Counted from the first letter of the stretch, positions 1 to 12,322 are shown. The stretch is 38,005 nt of DNA from Thraustochytrium aureum (GCA_012862495.1 BLSG01000122.1:53729-91733); one strand, 5' to 3'. Numbers and translations are program-made. Notes: generated by a model from the letters alone, not told the origin.

Positions 1-355
1 GTTGGTTTGTTTGTTGGTTTCCAGCACTTGTGCGGCGCTGCGCACTGCAAGGCCGACTCGGCGTTGTTGGCGCCAGCGCGTCTCTCGTGTGAGCATCAAA
101 CGAGCAGCGAGCGACCAGCTCATGAGACAAACCAAACAAACAAACATACCTACAAACAAACATAGGCCTAGGTACAAACAATCGAACGAACGTCTGCTGC
201 GCCTCGACGGCTTCAGCGCCTGTCAGATCGATACCCGGCTTGCTCTCTGCGCGCTGGCCAGGTAGGTAGTTGTCGATCACGCCGAGCGTGCCAAGGGAAG
301 CGCAGGACCGCCGTCAGGCAGAAAGTCGAGCAGCGAGGCAGAGGCCGGCGCGACG

Positions 356-1676
356 ATGATGCAGCGCGCACTCGGGTCCGCGGCCGCGCTTGCTGCACGC
401 AGGCAACAACAGACCGCCACGCGAACCGCACTCGCTGCCGCAGCGCGGTGCAAGTCGACGCAGGTTGCGCAAGAGCTGGACAGCGTGCCACAGCACAAAC
501 TGGAACAGCACCTGGGCGACACTCTCGCGGCCGCTCATGCGCGCAAAGAGCGCGTTTTCCCCGGGGCGAGCGGGATCCCGGTCGAGGGCAGCGACTTCGA
601 CACGGGCGTATTCTACGACCAGGTGTTCGGGACCAACTGCGAGAATGTCGTGGGCTTCCTGCCCTTGCCAGTCGGCGTCATTGGCCCCCTGCTTGTGAAC
701 GGCAAGGCGTTCAACGTCCCCCTGGCCACAACAGAGGGCGCTTTGGTGGCCTCCGCAAACCGCGGGGCGCGCGCGATCCGCGAAGCAGGCGGCGCCACCG
801 CGCGTGTCCTGCGAGACGGCATGTCTCGGTCGCCCGTTCTGCGCTTCAACTCTGTGAGCGAGGCCGCCGACTTTGCTGCGTGGGTGTCCGCCCCAGAGCA
901 GTTTGAGGTGCTGGCTGGCTGGTTTGAGTCCACGACCAACTTTGGCAAGCTCAGCGGAGTGCGGCCCACGGTGGCCGGCCGCCACGTATACCTGCGCTTT
1001 GAGGCTACCACGGGCGACGCGATGGGCATGAACATGGTGGGGAAAGGCGTCAACGTGGTGATTGAGCACATCCTGGCAGGGCACCCCGAGGCAGCGCTCG
1101 TCTCGCTCTCCAGCAACATGTGCACCGACAAGAAACCCAGCGCGATGAACTGGGTCAACGGCCGCGGCAAAGTCGGTGGTCTGCGAGGTGACCTTGTCCA
1201 AGGAGATCGTGCGCAATGTGCTCAAAGCCGACGTCGAGGCCCTCGTGCGCCTCAACGTGACGAAAAACCTCATCGGGTCGGCGCTCGCAGGCTCGATCGG
1301 CGGCAACAACGCGCATGCGGCAAACCTCGTCTCCGCCTTGTTTCTCGCGACAGGGCAGGACCCGGCGCAGAACGTCGAGTCGTCCAATTGCCTTGTCACA
1401 ATGGAGTCGCAGAACGGTGGCGAGCAGCTCTACGTGGCCGTCACGATGCCGAGCATCGAAGTTGGCACGGTGGGCGGCGGCACCTCGCTTGCCGTCCAGC
1501 GCGCGTTCCTCGAGCAGCTCGGCGTCGCGGGCGCCAACCGCGACGCACCAGGCAACAATGCGCGCCAGCTCGCCGAGATCGTCGCTGCGACCGTGCTCGC
1601 CGGCGAGCTCAGTTTGAACGCCGCGCTGACCAGCAACCACCTCATATCGGCGCACATGGAGCTCAACCGCAAGTAG
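356..1676 (+). CDS. HMGCR: 3-hydroxy-3-methylglutaryl-CoA reductase (class I), catalytic domain only, with N-terminal presequence; one +1 frameshift at AAA 1169-1171
   Basis: Class I motifs [26 protein letters not shown] and [11 protein letters not shown] lie in ORF 356. After removing one base at GGC AAA G TCG the frame continues GRGKSVVCE...[13 protein letters not shown]...GTVGGGT...LAGELSL...[12 protein letters not shown] (ORF 1176-1676). Catalytic E, K, D and H are all present. Confidence 0.97.
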
Positions 1677-2011
1677 GAGCCCTTTTGTCGACAACGCAAT
1701 TGTCTTGAAAAACGCATCAACGCAAGCGATTTTGCCACGTTGGTGCTCCCTCTTTCATCGTGCACCACTGGAGTGTAGCGCGAACGCGGTGCGCTGCTCG
1801 TCGTGGCGTGCGGCGCCAAAAAACGGAATGCAAAGGATCGCGTTGTGTTGCTTTTTATTTTTAAAGCGCCTTTCCAGGCCAAGCTGCGACATTGGCCAAG
1901 GCGCGCAGTAGGCCTTTGTTTGCCTTTGACAGACTCCTGGCGCGCAAGTCGTACAGTACAAGTCTCCCCTCGTCAGCCAGTCTCCACCTCCATCTCCACA
2001 AAGGAGAGTGA

Positions 2012-3092
2012 CTAGGAAACAGCGACCTCGATGCTCGGGCCCGTTGGCCCGCTCTCAGAGCTCTCCTCCGGCCGGCTCGAGTTGTTGCGAGAGGTTCGGC
2101 GGGCCAACTTGAGCCGCAAAGGACTCGACGCAGACGTTGGTGGGGATGCCTTGCGGAGGAAGCGGTCCCGGACCTCTGCGCTCGAGAGATCGCGCCACTG
2201 GAGTTTGCGAAATACGAAAAACCACATTGCCACCAACGACACCACAAACCACGTGGTCGCGACAGTGAGTTTGATCTGCTGCGCCGTAGTGTTGGTGAAG
2301 AAAAACACGATACAATCGATGAGAATCCCCACCGCGAGCGCCACGCCGCACGCCAAAATTCCATGCGACTCGCTCGCAACAGTGCTCACGCGAAACGCGA
2401 ATCCAGACAAAATGACGCACAGAACGGCAAGAAATGTGATGTACGCCCAGACAGCTTTGCCCCAGGGCCCGATGGCGCAAAGCGTGAGCGAGCAGGTCGA
2501 TGGAGAGGGGAGCCGGTCCCAGTGTGAACCAGAGCGCGTCGAGCACGGCGACAAGCGCAATGTTACAGCCGAGGATTCTGCTGAGTCTCTCGGTGCTGAG
2601 GTGGGTTGTGCGCCGCAGCCGCCGCGTCCGTTTATGCAGCACGAACGCGCGATACTCCTTCAGGAGCAGCGCGGTCAGCAGCAGCGTGATCGACAGTGAA
2701 GACACGGCGTTGAAGACGGAGCAAGACAGACGTGTTGGCTCTTGGAATACGACATACACAAAGATCCCCAGTGTCACGCCGCAGGATCCGGCGGTGATAG
2801 CCCCGAGGAAGGTGCGCTGTGACATGCGCATGATGGGCCGGTCGCGAAACCGAAACACAACGCCGGCGCCGCTGAGCGTGACGAGGAACGCAAGGCTTGT
2901 CATTGCGATGGCCGCGACGCCCCACGCTGTGTACGTGAGGTGATAGGTTAATTCGTCGCGCAAGATCCCGTTCGTGGAGCTGTTTCCGATCGCGGCGGCA
3001 GAGCATTGGGAAACACCGCCCTGAACAGTCGAGCGATAATCACCCAGCGTCGCGTCCAACCAGCCCCCCGAGGGCCTGCTGCCGCCTTCCAT
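2012..3092 (-). CDS. Class C (7tm_3-like) GPCR-type 7TM protein with short N-terminus; +1 frameshift at 2507-2510; 5' end uncertain
   Basis: Class C hallmarks FRDRPIMRMSQRTFL after TM1, C before TM3 and LLLKEYR at the end of TM3, plus seven hydrophobic segments. ORF 2055-3101 joins ORF 2012-2560 (LGPAP|SPSTCSLTLC...SESHGI) by deleting one base in a C4 run. The frame is open up to the gap at 3155. Confidence 0.75.
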
Positions 3093-4966
3093 CGTAGCCA
3101 CGCGCGGAGGCTGGCCAGAGACTGGGCGCAGCTTAGCGCTGCAGCGCGACGGAGNNNNNNNNNNNNNNNNNNNNNNNNNNNNNNNNNNNNNNNNNNNNNN
3201 NNNNNNNNNNNNNNNNNNNNNNNNNNNNNNNNNNNNNNNNNNNNNNNNNNNNNNNNNNNNNNNNNNNNNNNNNNNNNNNNNNNNNNNNNNNNNNNNNNNN
3301 NNNNGAGCTAGCTAGTACCCAGCACTCCCTCCAGACCCAGCGAGCGACAGCGGTACTGCCTGCGAGCTGCTCCTTGCGCATGCAAGTGTGTCTCCGATTG
3401 AGTTCGTTCCCTCCACAGCTCTTTTCACAGACACAACCTGCTCCCCTCGAGCCCAGGATTCAGCGCGCACTCGAAGGTTGCCGCACCCAACTTCCCACGG
3501 CGCTGCACTGGCAAGTGGTTGATGCGTCGGTCAACTCGGCAACACGAGCAACTCGTCCGCACCGTGCCACTTCGCAGCCTGCGAGCGCCCCACGACCTTG
3601 CGGATGGGTGGCCGGCCAGGTCTCGTGCAGGTCATCGCTTGCTTTCAATCAATCAATCAAGAAGAGAGTTTAACCGGGCGCCCTGAGTCTCCATGTCGCG
3701 TGCGGCCGGCCCAGTTCAGGGTTCTCGACCAAACCCGGCCGCGCTGCGCAACAGTCAACGGCCACGGAAGCCGAACGCCGATCTCCAGACCAAGACCAGC
3801 AGCGCTGCTGCGTTGACCTCTTGATCAGATCGGAGACCGATAAGGGTGGAAGGGTGAATTTGCTGAACTCCAGCAGTGTGTTGGGGATGTTTGTGGGTTG
3901 GTTCGGCGCGGCTCCACGACCATGCGAAATGCCTGCGCCCAAGCCAGCGGGCCGTGCAGGGGACCTCGCGGAGCTCGACGGCCCAGGCCACCAACCAACC
4001 GGCGCAGCTGGAGCGACTCTCGCGCGCGATAATCCAGGCGTGGGACCTGGGACCTGGGGCTGAAGTGGAACTCGCACGCAAAACACCTAGCACCCTAACC
4101 GGCTGCGCGCTATTCAGTCAGGTCGGTGTGGGGCCAGGCGGGAGCCAGCTCATGGCTTGGAGTCCCGGCGCGGCTATCCACCGGCGCACGGGGATGCTGG
4201 TGTTGAGCTGCTCGAGTAGTCCTGAACGAGCAGTGGTGGACCGGTCCCATGGAGACAAATTATAAGCCGCCGATTGCATTCGATGGCGGCAAGGACCTGG
4301 GTTCTGGAGCGGACACGTCCTTCGCATTTTGGCATGATGAGGTGCTTGGTTTTTAGTCTGGAGCCCTCTGGTCTGTCAACGGCGGAAGACTCCATCAATT
4401 TCAAGAAGACATAAGGCAAGCGGCTGGGGACTCTGATTGATCCACCACGCCCAAGCAAGCGGCTCGACACTCACCGTTGCTGTTGGGACCGGTGCTCCCA
4501 TCCGCATGCCTTGCGTTGCGCCTGTCTCGCCCTGCTTCTCGCCCAAGTCCAAGGACGAAGCAAGCTCCTGGCCAGAGCTGACGGTGGGCGCTCTCTGGTG
4601 TTCGTCGTGCACGTGCTTCCAGTTGGAACTCCGCTTTGAAAGGAGCTCAAGCTGCGACGATGGGGTGGTTCGTATCCGCGAGGCAGGCGGTCAAAGTGTC
4701 GCACTTTTGTCCCACTCTTTACGCCTCTTCGCGCCGCCGGAAGCGAAGCGGGTGTTCGTCTTTCGCGCCCGCTCCAGGGTCCACCATCCTGTGCATCCGC
4801 TTCGCGGGCCGAACAAGTGGCCTGCACTCGAGCGTGGTTGACCTCGCACATTTGCTCGCAAAGTGCGACACCTTTTTACACTACCCCATCGCTGGCTAAT
4901 TCTGAGCCCTTGCGCCGTTCAATAAAGTTGCTGCGGCCCCTACACGGGGTATTCAACATTTTCCCC

Positions 4967-5005
4967 TGCGGGACGACACCGTGCGGGACGACACCCTGCG
5001 AGACG
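4967..5005. repeat. 15-bp tandem repeat (tgcgggacgacacc(g/c)) x2.5
   Basis: Directly visible. Confidence 0.8.
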
Positions 5006-6740
5006 GACGTTGGCGGCGGCTGCGTCGCCCAAACATTTCGCCAATTGGCCTGGCCTGGGGGCCTTGGCGAGTCGAGGGTGCTCACTCACACTTGATTGGG
5101 CTTTCGCCTCGACAACGAACACAGGCAGACTCGCCTTCTTGCTCGGCCGATCGAGAGGCTACAACTGTTCCGTCGCAGAAAATAAAGTGCGAGCGCCGCG
5201 CGCCGTCGAGTGTGGAAGAGCCGAGTGCCCGCCTTCCTCTTGCGAGGCGAGCGCACCGTCGCCGTTTTTCGCGAATTGCGATCGTCGCAGTTCCACGTCG
5301 TGTAGCGCAGCAGCTGGGGGCGAATCGAGCTCTGCACTTGTCTCGACTTTATTGTCATGACAAACGAGGTCTCCGAGATGGTGAACGAGTGTGGGTGAGA
5401 GACTCTGCGGCAATCGGGGAGGGCCTGTCTTCGAGTCTGAAGGCTTGCATACTTGAGATCTTTGGCTCGGCGCTTCGTATGTTGGCGCGCTTGGCTTTTG
5501 AAGTTGCTGCGCTGTGGGCTCGACCGGTGCGGTGCGGCCCTCGGTCGCTGGCCTCGAGCACCGCGACGGCGAGCCCAGCTCGTTCTTGCTCTCGCGCGCC
5601 AGACGATGTGGCTCTCGCCTGCCGAGGGACCAACCCACCCCTGACGCAGCCGAGTAGCGAGCGAGCGGCTATCTTTCTTTCCTTTTCGGCTGGCTGAAGC
5701 GTACCAAGGACTCTGACACGCGCCCGAGCAGACAGGACCAAACGATCAAGTCGCCTTTTGCCTCGCCCGCCGGTCGCTCATTCGAGTGTGGAGCGCGACG
5801 AGCTCGCGACGTGGCGGCCCTGAGCGGAGCGCACTCGCCTGCTCGACAGGCCCTCCCGAGACCAACGTGGCAGCGTTCCCGAGGAGAATCGCGAGCGAGG
5901 CAAGATTGACTCTGCCTTTGGCATGCGAAAGGCACGCCCAGGCAGTTTTTCCTCCTTCAGGTTGCCTCAGTCTCGCACCGCTCGCCCGGGAAACGCACGC
6001 CCCACCCAGCGCGGCCCGCGACAGACACAGCAAGCCGCCGTGCGGGATGGTGATGCCCGACTGGCCTGGCTCGGGCGTCAATCAAATTAGCGAGTCAATT
6101 TCCTTCGAAAACCTCCCTCCTTCCTTTGGAGAGTGTTTTTTGGCGGTTTTCACCCTTCGAGTGAGTGGGGACGAGAGTTGTGCGTTCTCGCAGGCGATCG
6201 TCGCCTATCCGGCCTGGCGCGGCGGCTTGTCGAGGGCAAAGCGCCGCACACCAGAGTCTGGGAAGGCAGCGGTTTGGCTGCCACTCATGGAAGGGCTTGC
6301 TTGCTTTTGCCGCGGCGGATTGACTCAGCCTCGTCGTTTGCTTGGAATCGGCAAGTACCGATTGATCCCGCTCTTGCAAAACTGTCCGTCTCGAGTGAGC
6401 CAATTTGGTCGCAGCAGTCCGGAATCGACCTGGCGGTAGATTGGCAGGCCGTGCGAAAGCTGATAAACCCGTACGCGAGCGAACGAGCGAGCGCGCTCGA
6501 GACACTGAGCCGGTCCCGAATCGGCTCGGAAGCGCTACGAAGCTGCTGGGCAGAAACACATCTTCACGAGCGAACCGCTCGGCTCGAGCGAGAGTTCTTA
6601 CGCATCTCGGCGCCAAGTCTCAGCCCAGGCAAATCGGCCTTGGCTGCGCAGCCCGTTGCGTTGAGCGAGCAACGCATTCGAGTAGTGTCCGAACGTGGCA
6701 CGCCTCTGCAGCAGCAGCACAGCAGCGGCACGAGGACCAT

Positions 6741-6777
6741 CAGCAGCAGCAGCAGCAGCAGCAGCAGTATCAGCAGC
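6741..6777 (+). repeat. (CAG)n trinucleotide repeat running into an assembly gap
   Basis: cagcagcagcagcagcagcagcagcagtatcagcagc directly visible. Confidence 0.9.
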
Positions 6778-7200
6778 CNNNNNNNNNNNNNNNNNNNNNN
6801 NNNNNNNNNNNNNNNNNNNNNNNNNNNNNNNNNNNNNNNNNNNNNNNNNNNNNNNNNNNNNNNNNNNNNNNNNNNNNNNNNNNNNNNNNNNNNNNNNNNN
6901 NNNNNNNNNNNNNNNNNNNNNNNNNNNNNNNNNNNNNNNNNNNNNNNNNNNNNNNNNNNNNNNNNNNNNNNNNNNNNNNNNNNNNNNNNNNNNNNNNNNN
7001 NNNNNNNNNNNNNNNNNNNNNNNNNNNNNNNNNNNNNNNNNNNNNNNNNNNNNNNNNNNNNNNNNNNNNNNNNNNNNNNNNNNNNNNNNNNNNNNNNNNN
7101 NNNNNNNNNNNNNNNNNNNNNNNNNNNNNNNNNNNNNNNNNNNNNNNNNNNNNNNNNNNNNNNNNNNNNNNNNNNNNNNNNNNNNNNNNNNNNNNNNNNG

Positions 7201-9382
7201 CACTCGGCGCCACCACTAGCACCGATGCGCGCGAGCGCCAACCCAGACGACCACCACGGTCACTCCTCCGCCGCCAATGTCGCTCGCCGGATCAAGAAGC
7301 GCCGCGGGACGACCCCGGCAGAGGGAAGCAGCAATGGCCCCCTGTCCCGGAGCAACGGAGATGGAGACGCCTCCCCGTCTCCGTGCTCTTCCTCGGCTTC
7401 GTCGCCGAGAGTTGCAAAGCCGCGTCGGCACACAAGCTGCCCTGCGCCGAGCGACACAGCCGAGTTCTTTGCGCTGCCCCAGCCGCCGCCGCACCCGCAT
7501 GAGCAGGCCCTGAACGCCCACTCCCACTCTTCTTATGCGCCGTACCAGCAGTACTACATGGCCGGAGCCGGCACGAACTACGGGACGTCGCCGACCGGCA
7601 ACGCGAGGCCGCGCGGGTTTACGATGCCCTCAATGCCAAGCTTTCGCGCGGACAGCCTGTTCGACCTTGGCCACGAGGGCGGTCACGGCAGTGCCAACAT
7701 CGCCAACAACGCGTCCGCGGACGAGCCGGTCAAGCGGTACATCCGGCGGCGGGCGTCGCAGGAGCGTCTCGGGCTTACCGGCCGCTCGGGGCTCTCGCGC
7801 AAGCGCACCTCGTCGGACAATACTGTAGCCGAGTACAACGCCGCGCCACCGTCGGCTTCCGCGGCCAGCCAGGGACGGCACAGCAACCAGGGCTACCACG
7901 GCGACAGGCACGCCATGAACAGCGAAAACTCGAGCGGGCGCGTCAACAACGCGTGGATGTCGTGCTTTGCTGAGGGCGGCGACGAGCTCCAGCTCCAGCA
8001 GGCTCTTCTGCGCGGCGAGTCGATCCCCATGCTGCTGCCGCCCAAGCCCGTCAAAAACCACCAGGCCAGCCCGACCAAGCAGTCTATCTCAAACGCCCCG
8101 GACCCGCGTCACGTTTGCCTGCTTATCGTATTGGGCATGGTGGACCTGCCCTTTTCCAAGAGCGCGGCGGAGCACTCGCTGCAGCTTCGCGACCACAGCC
8201 AGTTCAAGGAGTTTTGCACCCAGGTTTCTGCTCTAGTCGATGCGTTTCGAAGCCCAAGGGAGCCGCGTTGTTCCTGCGCACGGCTCGTTCAAGCCCGATG
8301 CGACCCAGTTTGCCAACTACCTCATGGGTCAGCACTCGTTCACCCAACGCCTGGTTGCTTTTGCGCAGTCGCATCCGGCCGAGCGCCGCAACGCAGACCC
8401 GTACGGAACGGTCTCGTCGATGCTGCAGCTCCTCCGCGAGCACCTGTGTGACTTTGTGGCGCGCCTCGCAACGACTTCGGCTTCGAGTTCGAGTGCGAGT
8501 GACTCGCACTCCGGGATTGAGTCGGACATCGGCCGCCTTTATCCTTGCATGTCGACGCTCAGCCTCAAGGACGGCTTCTTGGACTCTCTCATGCACAAGT
8601 CGTTCCGTGTCATGCATCAGCATCAGCAGCAGCAGCCCCAGCAGTACCAGCAACCGCATTCTCGCATCGATCAGCGGCCGTCGTTGTCTCAGAGCGAGGA
8701 CGCACGTCCGACCAAGCACGACGGGCGCAAGAACCAAGCAAGGCCAGCGCGCCAAAACAAGCCCAAGAACACGAAAACCAGCGGCGGCGGCGGCAGCAGC
8801 AGCAGCAGCGGCGGCGCGAGCAACAACAACAACAACAACAGCAACAACAGCAACAACAGCAACAACAACAACAACAACAACTGTAGCACCAGCTCATCGA
8901 GCAGGACAGAACTCCAGGCCCGCAACCGCAAAATGCAGCAGAAAAACATCGACCCGGCGGGGCCCAGCAGCAGCCTCGACATGGACCTCGAGCGCTTTAC
9001 ACAAGACCTCGAGCCGCTTGCGACGCCCGAGCAGGACGACGACCTGGCTCTCCGCGCCACGAAGAGCTGGAAGTCGCTGGGGAACGCGCGCCTCTCCACC
9101 AAGCTGTCCCAGCCGTACTTTGCTTCGAGGCTGAGCGCGAGCAACCTCAACATGCTCTCCACCAAGCTGAGCGAGCAATCGTTCATGGGATCTGCCTCGT
9201 TCTTGGCCAAGGCCAGAAAGGCCTCGATGCTCTCCATGGGTCCGATCCCCTCGCTTTTTCAGCTGAACGAGGCCGCGGTCTCGGGCGCAGGCTCGAGGCA
9301 TACGGACAGCTCGATGAAAGAGCTGGACGACTTTCTCAAGAAGGAGTGTGGGGTCCAGGAGGTCGAGGAGGTCGAGGGCTGA
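7201..9382 (+). CDS. Hypothetical low-complexity protein (Q/N/S-rich) with a central ~150 aa globular-looking region; 5' end in or near gap; +1 frameshift at ~8245-8247
   Basis: Coding-like codon usage across ORF 6133-8451 (after the gap; first ATG 7225) and ORF 8240-9382. Removing one T gives VSALVDAF|EAQGSRVVP. Family not recognised. Confidence 0.7.
8781..8881 (+). repeat. Coding (GGC/AGC)n and (AAC)n repeats encoding Gly/Ser and poly-Asn tracts
   Basis: Directly visible; translates to GGGGSSSSSGGASNNNNNNSNNSNNSNNNNNNN. Confidence 0.92.
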
Positions 9383-10067
9383 TCCGCCCGGTGAACAGAG
9401 CGGCACGGGCGCCGCTCTGCGGAAAGCGTGGCGCCGGGTCGCGCAGCAGCGCCTGCCTATCCAAATAGTGGAGGGCTGGGCAATCGCGAGCGCGGTGGTC
9501 TGGGTGTCGATAGGCATGCCAGTTTTTTGCGGGAAGAGGCGCAAGCCTCCGCCCTTGCCAGTGAAATAACAAAACGAACCGAGAAATGCACTGCTATTTA
9601 GCCTACGCTACGCTAGCCTATGTTCAGGAAGTGTCAATCGGCGGTGATTGCCGAACGCCGACAGGTGCTTGCTCAAAGGCGAGGCGGGAGCACACGCCAG
9701 GGCTGCAGGTGAGATCCAGCACAAGAGGCTATCGGCCAGCCGATGCAGTCCCGAGTGTGGCTTGATTTCCCTTGGGAATGGGCGAGCGAGGCTGGGTTGA
9801 CACAGCGCGTCCACAGACTAAGCCCGAGTCTGGAAACAGCATAACGAAATTTTAATAACCCAAGCTCGGGCAGCACCCATCAGAGAAAGATTCGCAAACC
9901 GTCGCGACAGCGAAGGCACTCCTCCAGCGCGCTCTGCTGCGTGCACTGCCCGAACCGCTCCGAACGGCTCCGGCAGCACGCAGAGGCCGCGCCGACCAAA
10001 GCGAAGCCAAAAAGCGCGAATCCAAAAAACAGCAAAGCCAAAAACAGCAAAGCAAGCGCAGGTGCCT

Positions 10068-11919
10068 CTAAACCTTGTCAACGACAGCGCGGGCCGACCT
10101 TGCACTCTTCTGCTTCTTCATGGTCGACGGGCGCACCGAGTTGAGCGACTCGCCGTACTGCTGCATGAGCTTGGCGTTGAAGGCGTCGATGCCATTCGAC
10201 AGGATTGTCTTGACGTCGGCGTCNNNNNNNNNNNNNNNNNNNNNNNNNNNNNNNNNNNNNNNNNNNNNNNNNNNNNNNNNNNNNNNNNNNNNNNNNNNNN
10301 NNNNNNNNNNNNNNNNNNNNNNNNNNNNNNNNNNNNNNNNNNNNNNNNNNNNNNNNNNNNNNNNNNNNNNNNNNNNNNNNNNNNNNNNNNNNNNNNNNNN
10401 NNNNNNNNNNNNNGGCCCTTGATGGCGCGCACGGGCTTGGGCGGCGGCGGTGGCGGCATGTCTTCCGCGGGCGGGGGCGGGGGCGGGATGTCGGCAAAGG
10501 TGGTCTCCTCGAGGCTCTTGCCATACTTTTTCTTGAGCTTTTTGTTGAGTGCCTCGACCGAGTTCTCAAAGACCCAGTTGACGATGTCGTCCAGGTCCTT
10601 CTCCGACTTGGCCGCCTTTTCGTTTGCCTCGTAGAAGATCCTGAGGCGTGCACGCAGCCCGCTGCCGTCGAGGTCCTCGTCGTACTTTTTGCGCAGCGTC
10701 TCGTTCAGCTTGTCGACGCCGTGCACGAGCGCCCAGCCGATGATGGTGTCGAGGTCCTTCTCCTTGGACGGGTCCAGCTTGGAGGGGTCGTAGCGGCCGT
10801 AGAAGCGCAGGAGCTTTTCGCGGACGGCTTGAAACTCGGCGTCGATGACGAGGAGGTCCTCAGAGTATTTTTTGCGCAGCTTTGCGTTGAGCGCGTCCTC
10901 GCCCTGGTTGATGGCAAACTGAATGATGGGCGACACGCCCTCCTCGAGGAGGCGGTTCGGGTCGTGGCGCGCGTAAAAGACCTCGACCAGCTTGCGAAGG
11001 TAGTCCTGGTACTCTACGTCGGCCTGCACGGCGGCCTCGGCGGCCTCTGCGCCGTTCAGCGCGGGCGCCTCGCGGGCGTCCACGTTCTTGCCCTTGGTGC
11101 TGAAGCTCGAGAGCGACTTGCCGAGCGACCTGCGGATCGCGGCCGTGCGGCTCGCGCGCTTGGGCTTGGAGGCCATGGGGGCGGCCTCGGGACGGCGCGC
11201 TGGATAGTGTTCATGTTGCTGCCGTATTTTGCCTGCAGGCGCGTGTTGAGGCTGTGGAGGCCGTACTTTAGGGCGAGGTCCACGATGAACTCGAGGTTCT
11301 CCGGGTCGAGCTTGGACGGGTCGTTGTGCTGGTAGAACGACGTCAGCTTGGACTCGATCTCCTTGCGCAGCTTGCTGCGGTCGGTGGACCCGAGCCCCTC
11401 GCCATACTTGGCCAGCATCTTCTGGTTGAGGACGGTGAACCCGTGCACGATGCCCCACGTCAGCACGGTGCGGATGTCCTCGGGCGACTTGCCTTTGTCG
11501 TGCTTGGCGTAGAAGGCCTCGAGCTGGACCAGCACGTCCGACTCTTGCACGTCCTCGATGCCCTCCTGGTACTTGCGCCCCAGCTTGTCGGAGAGCGCGT
11601 CGACGCCGTGAAACATGGCCCACTCTACGATCGCGTCCATGTCAGACTCCGAGTCCAGCTTGGTCGGGTCGTGCTTGAGGTAGAACATCTCGATGCGGCT
11701 GCGGATGATCTGGCGTTCGCCTGCGCTAAACGCCTGCTCCGCGCCGCTGCTCTCCAGGCAGTCGCCGTACCTGTCGACCAGGCCGGCGTTCAGCGCCGCG
11801 AGCCCTTCTGCCAGCCCAAAGTCGACCACTGCGTCGATGCCATGGTTGAGCCTCGCAGGGTCATACCGTTCGTAGAAGCGGTACAGCTTTTCGTACAGCA
11901 CCTCGCGTTCATTCGACAT
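10068..11919 (-). CDS. Tandem helical-repeat protein (about 8 copies of L..FY..(H/Y)DP.K...D.I......G...LN..L..KYG..L) with polyproline tracts; -1 frameshift at ~11177-11191; internal gap
   Basis: Four repeats in ORF 11056-11919, three in ORF 10118-11623, and a partial eighth after the gap (DVKTILSNGIDAFNAKLMQQYGESL...VVDKV*, stop at 10068-10070). Confidence 0.88.
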
Positions 11920-12322
11920 GTCGGCCTTGCGCGCCGCTCGCTCCCCAGGCCGCTCCCGAGGCCGCTCGCTCCCTCGCGCCGGGCGTCTCGCCCGCGAATT
12001 TCCCGAGTCACCGTCTCCTCCACGGCGAGCCTCGCGCTTCGCGCCGCGCAGCCTTCCGTGCGCTCAGCACAACCACACCGCTGCGCCACACAAACAGCTC
12101 CGCGCGCTTGCCCGTGCGCTTGCCCGCACGCTTCGCCGCACGCACACCAGCCCGCTGGATCCGAGAGTCACCTCGCGAGAGTGAGTCCCGCCGGGCCCAA
12201 AGGCAGGCTTGCGTGCGTCGGTCGCTTCGTCGTGCCAGCCTGCGTGTCTGCCTTCCTGCCTGCGTGACTGCCTGGCTGACTGCCGCGAGCCTCCGCAAAT
12301 AGGGTGCTGCGCCAGGCCCCTG

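Noticed and set aside
1..160. Inverted (GTTT)n / (AAAC)n tracts as MITE terminal inverted repeats
   Set aside because: Simple microsatellites with imperfect complementarity, truncated by the window edge; no target-site duplication visible
1169..1175. Programmed +1 ribosomal frameshift in HMGR (AAA G)
   Set aside because: No adjacent stop as in Euplotes AAA-TAR sites, and eight similar homopolymer indels of both signs occur elsewhere, so sequencing error is simpler
314..1399. Long antisense and alternative-frame ORFs (e.g. 314-1399, 13954-16308, 23221-25860, 28409-29551)
   Set aside because: They shadow real genes in GC-rich DNA with few stop codons, or run through N-gaps; no protein motifs
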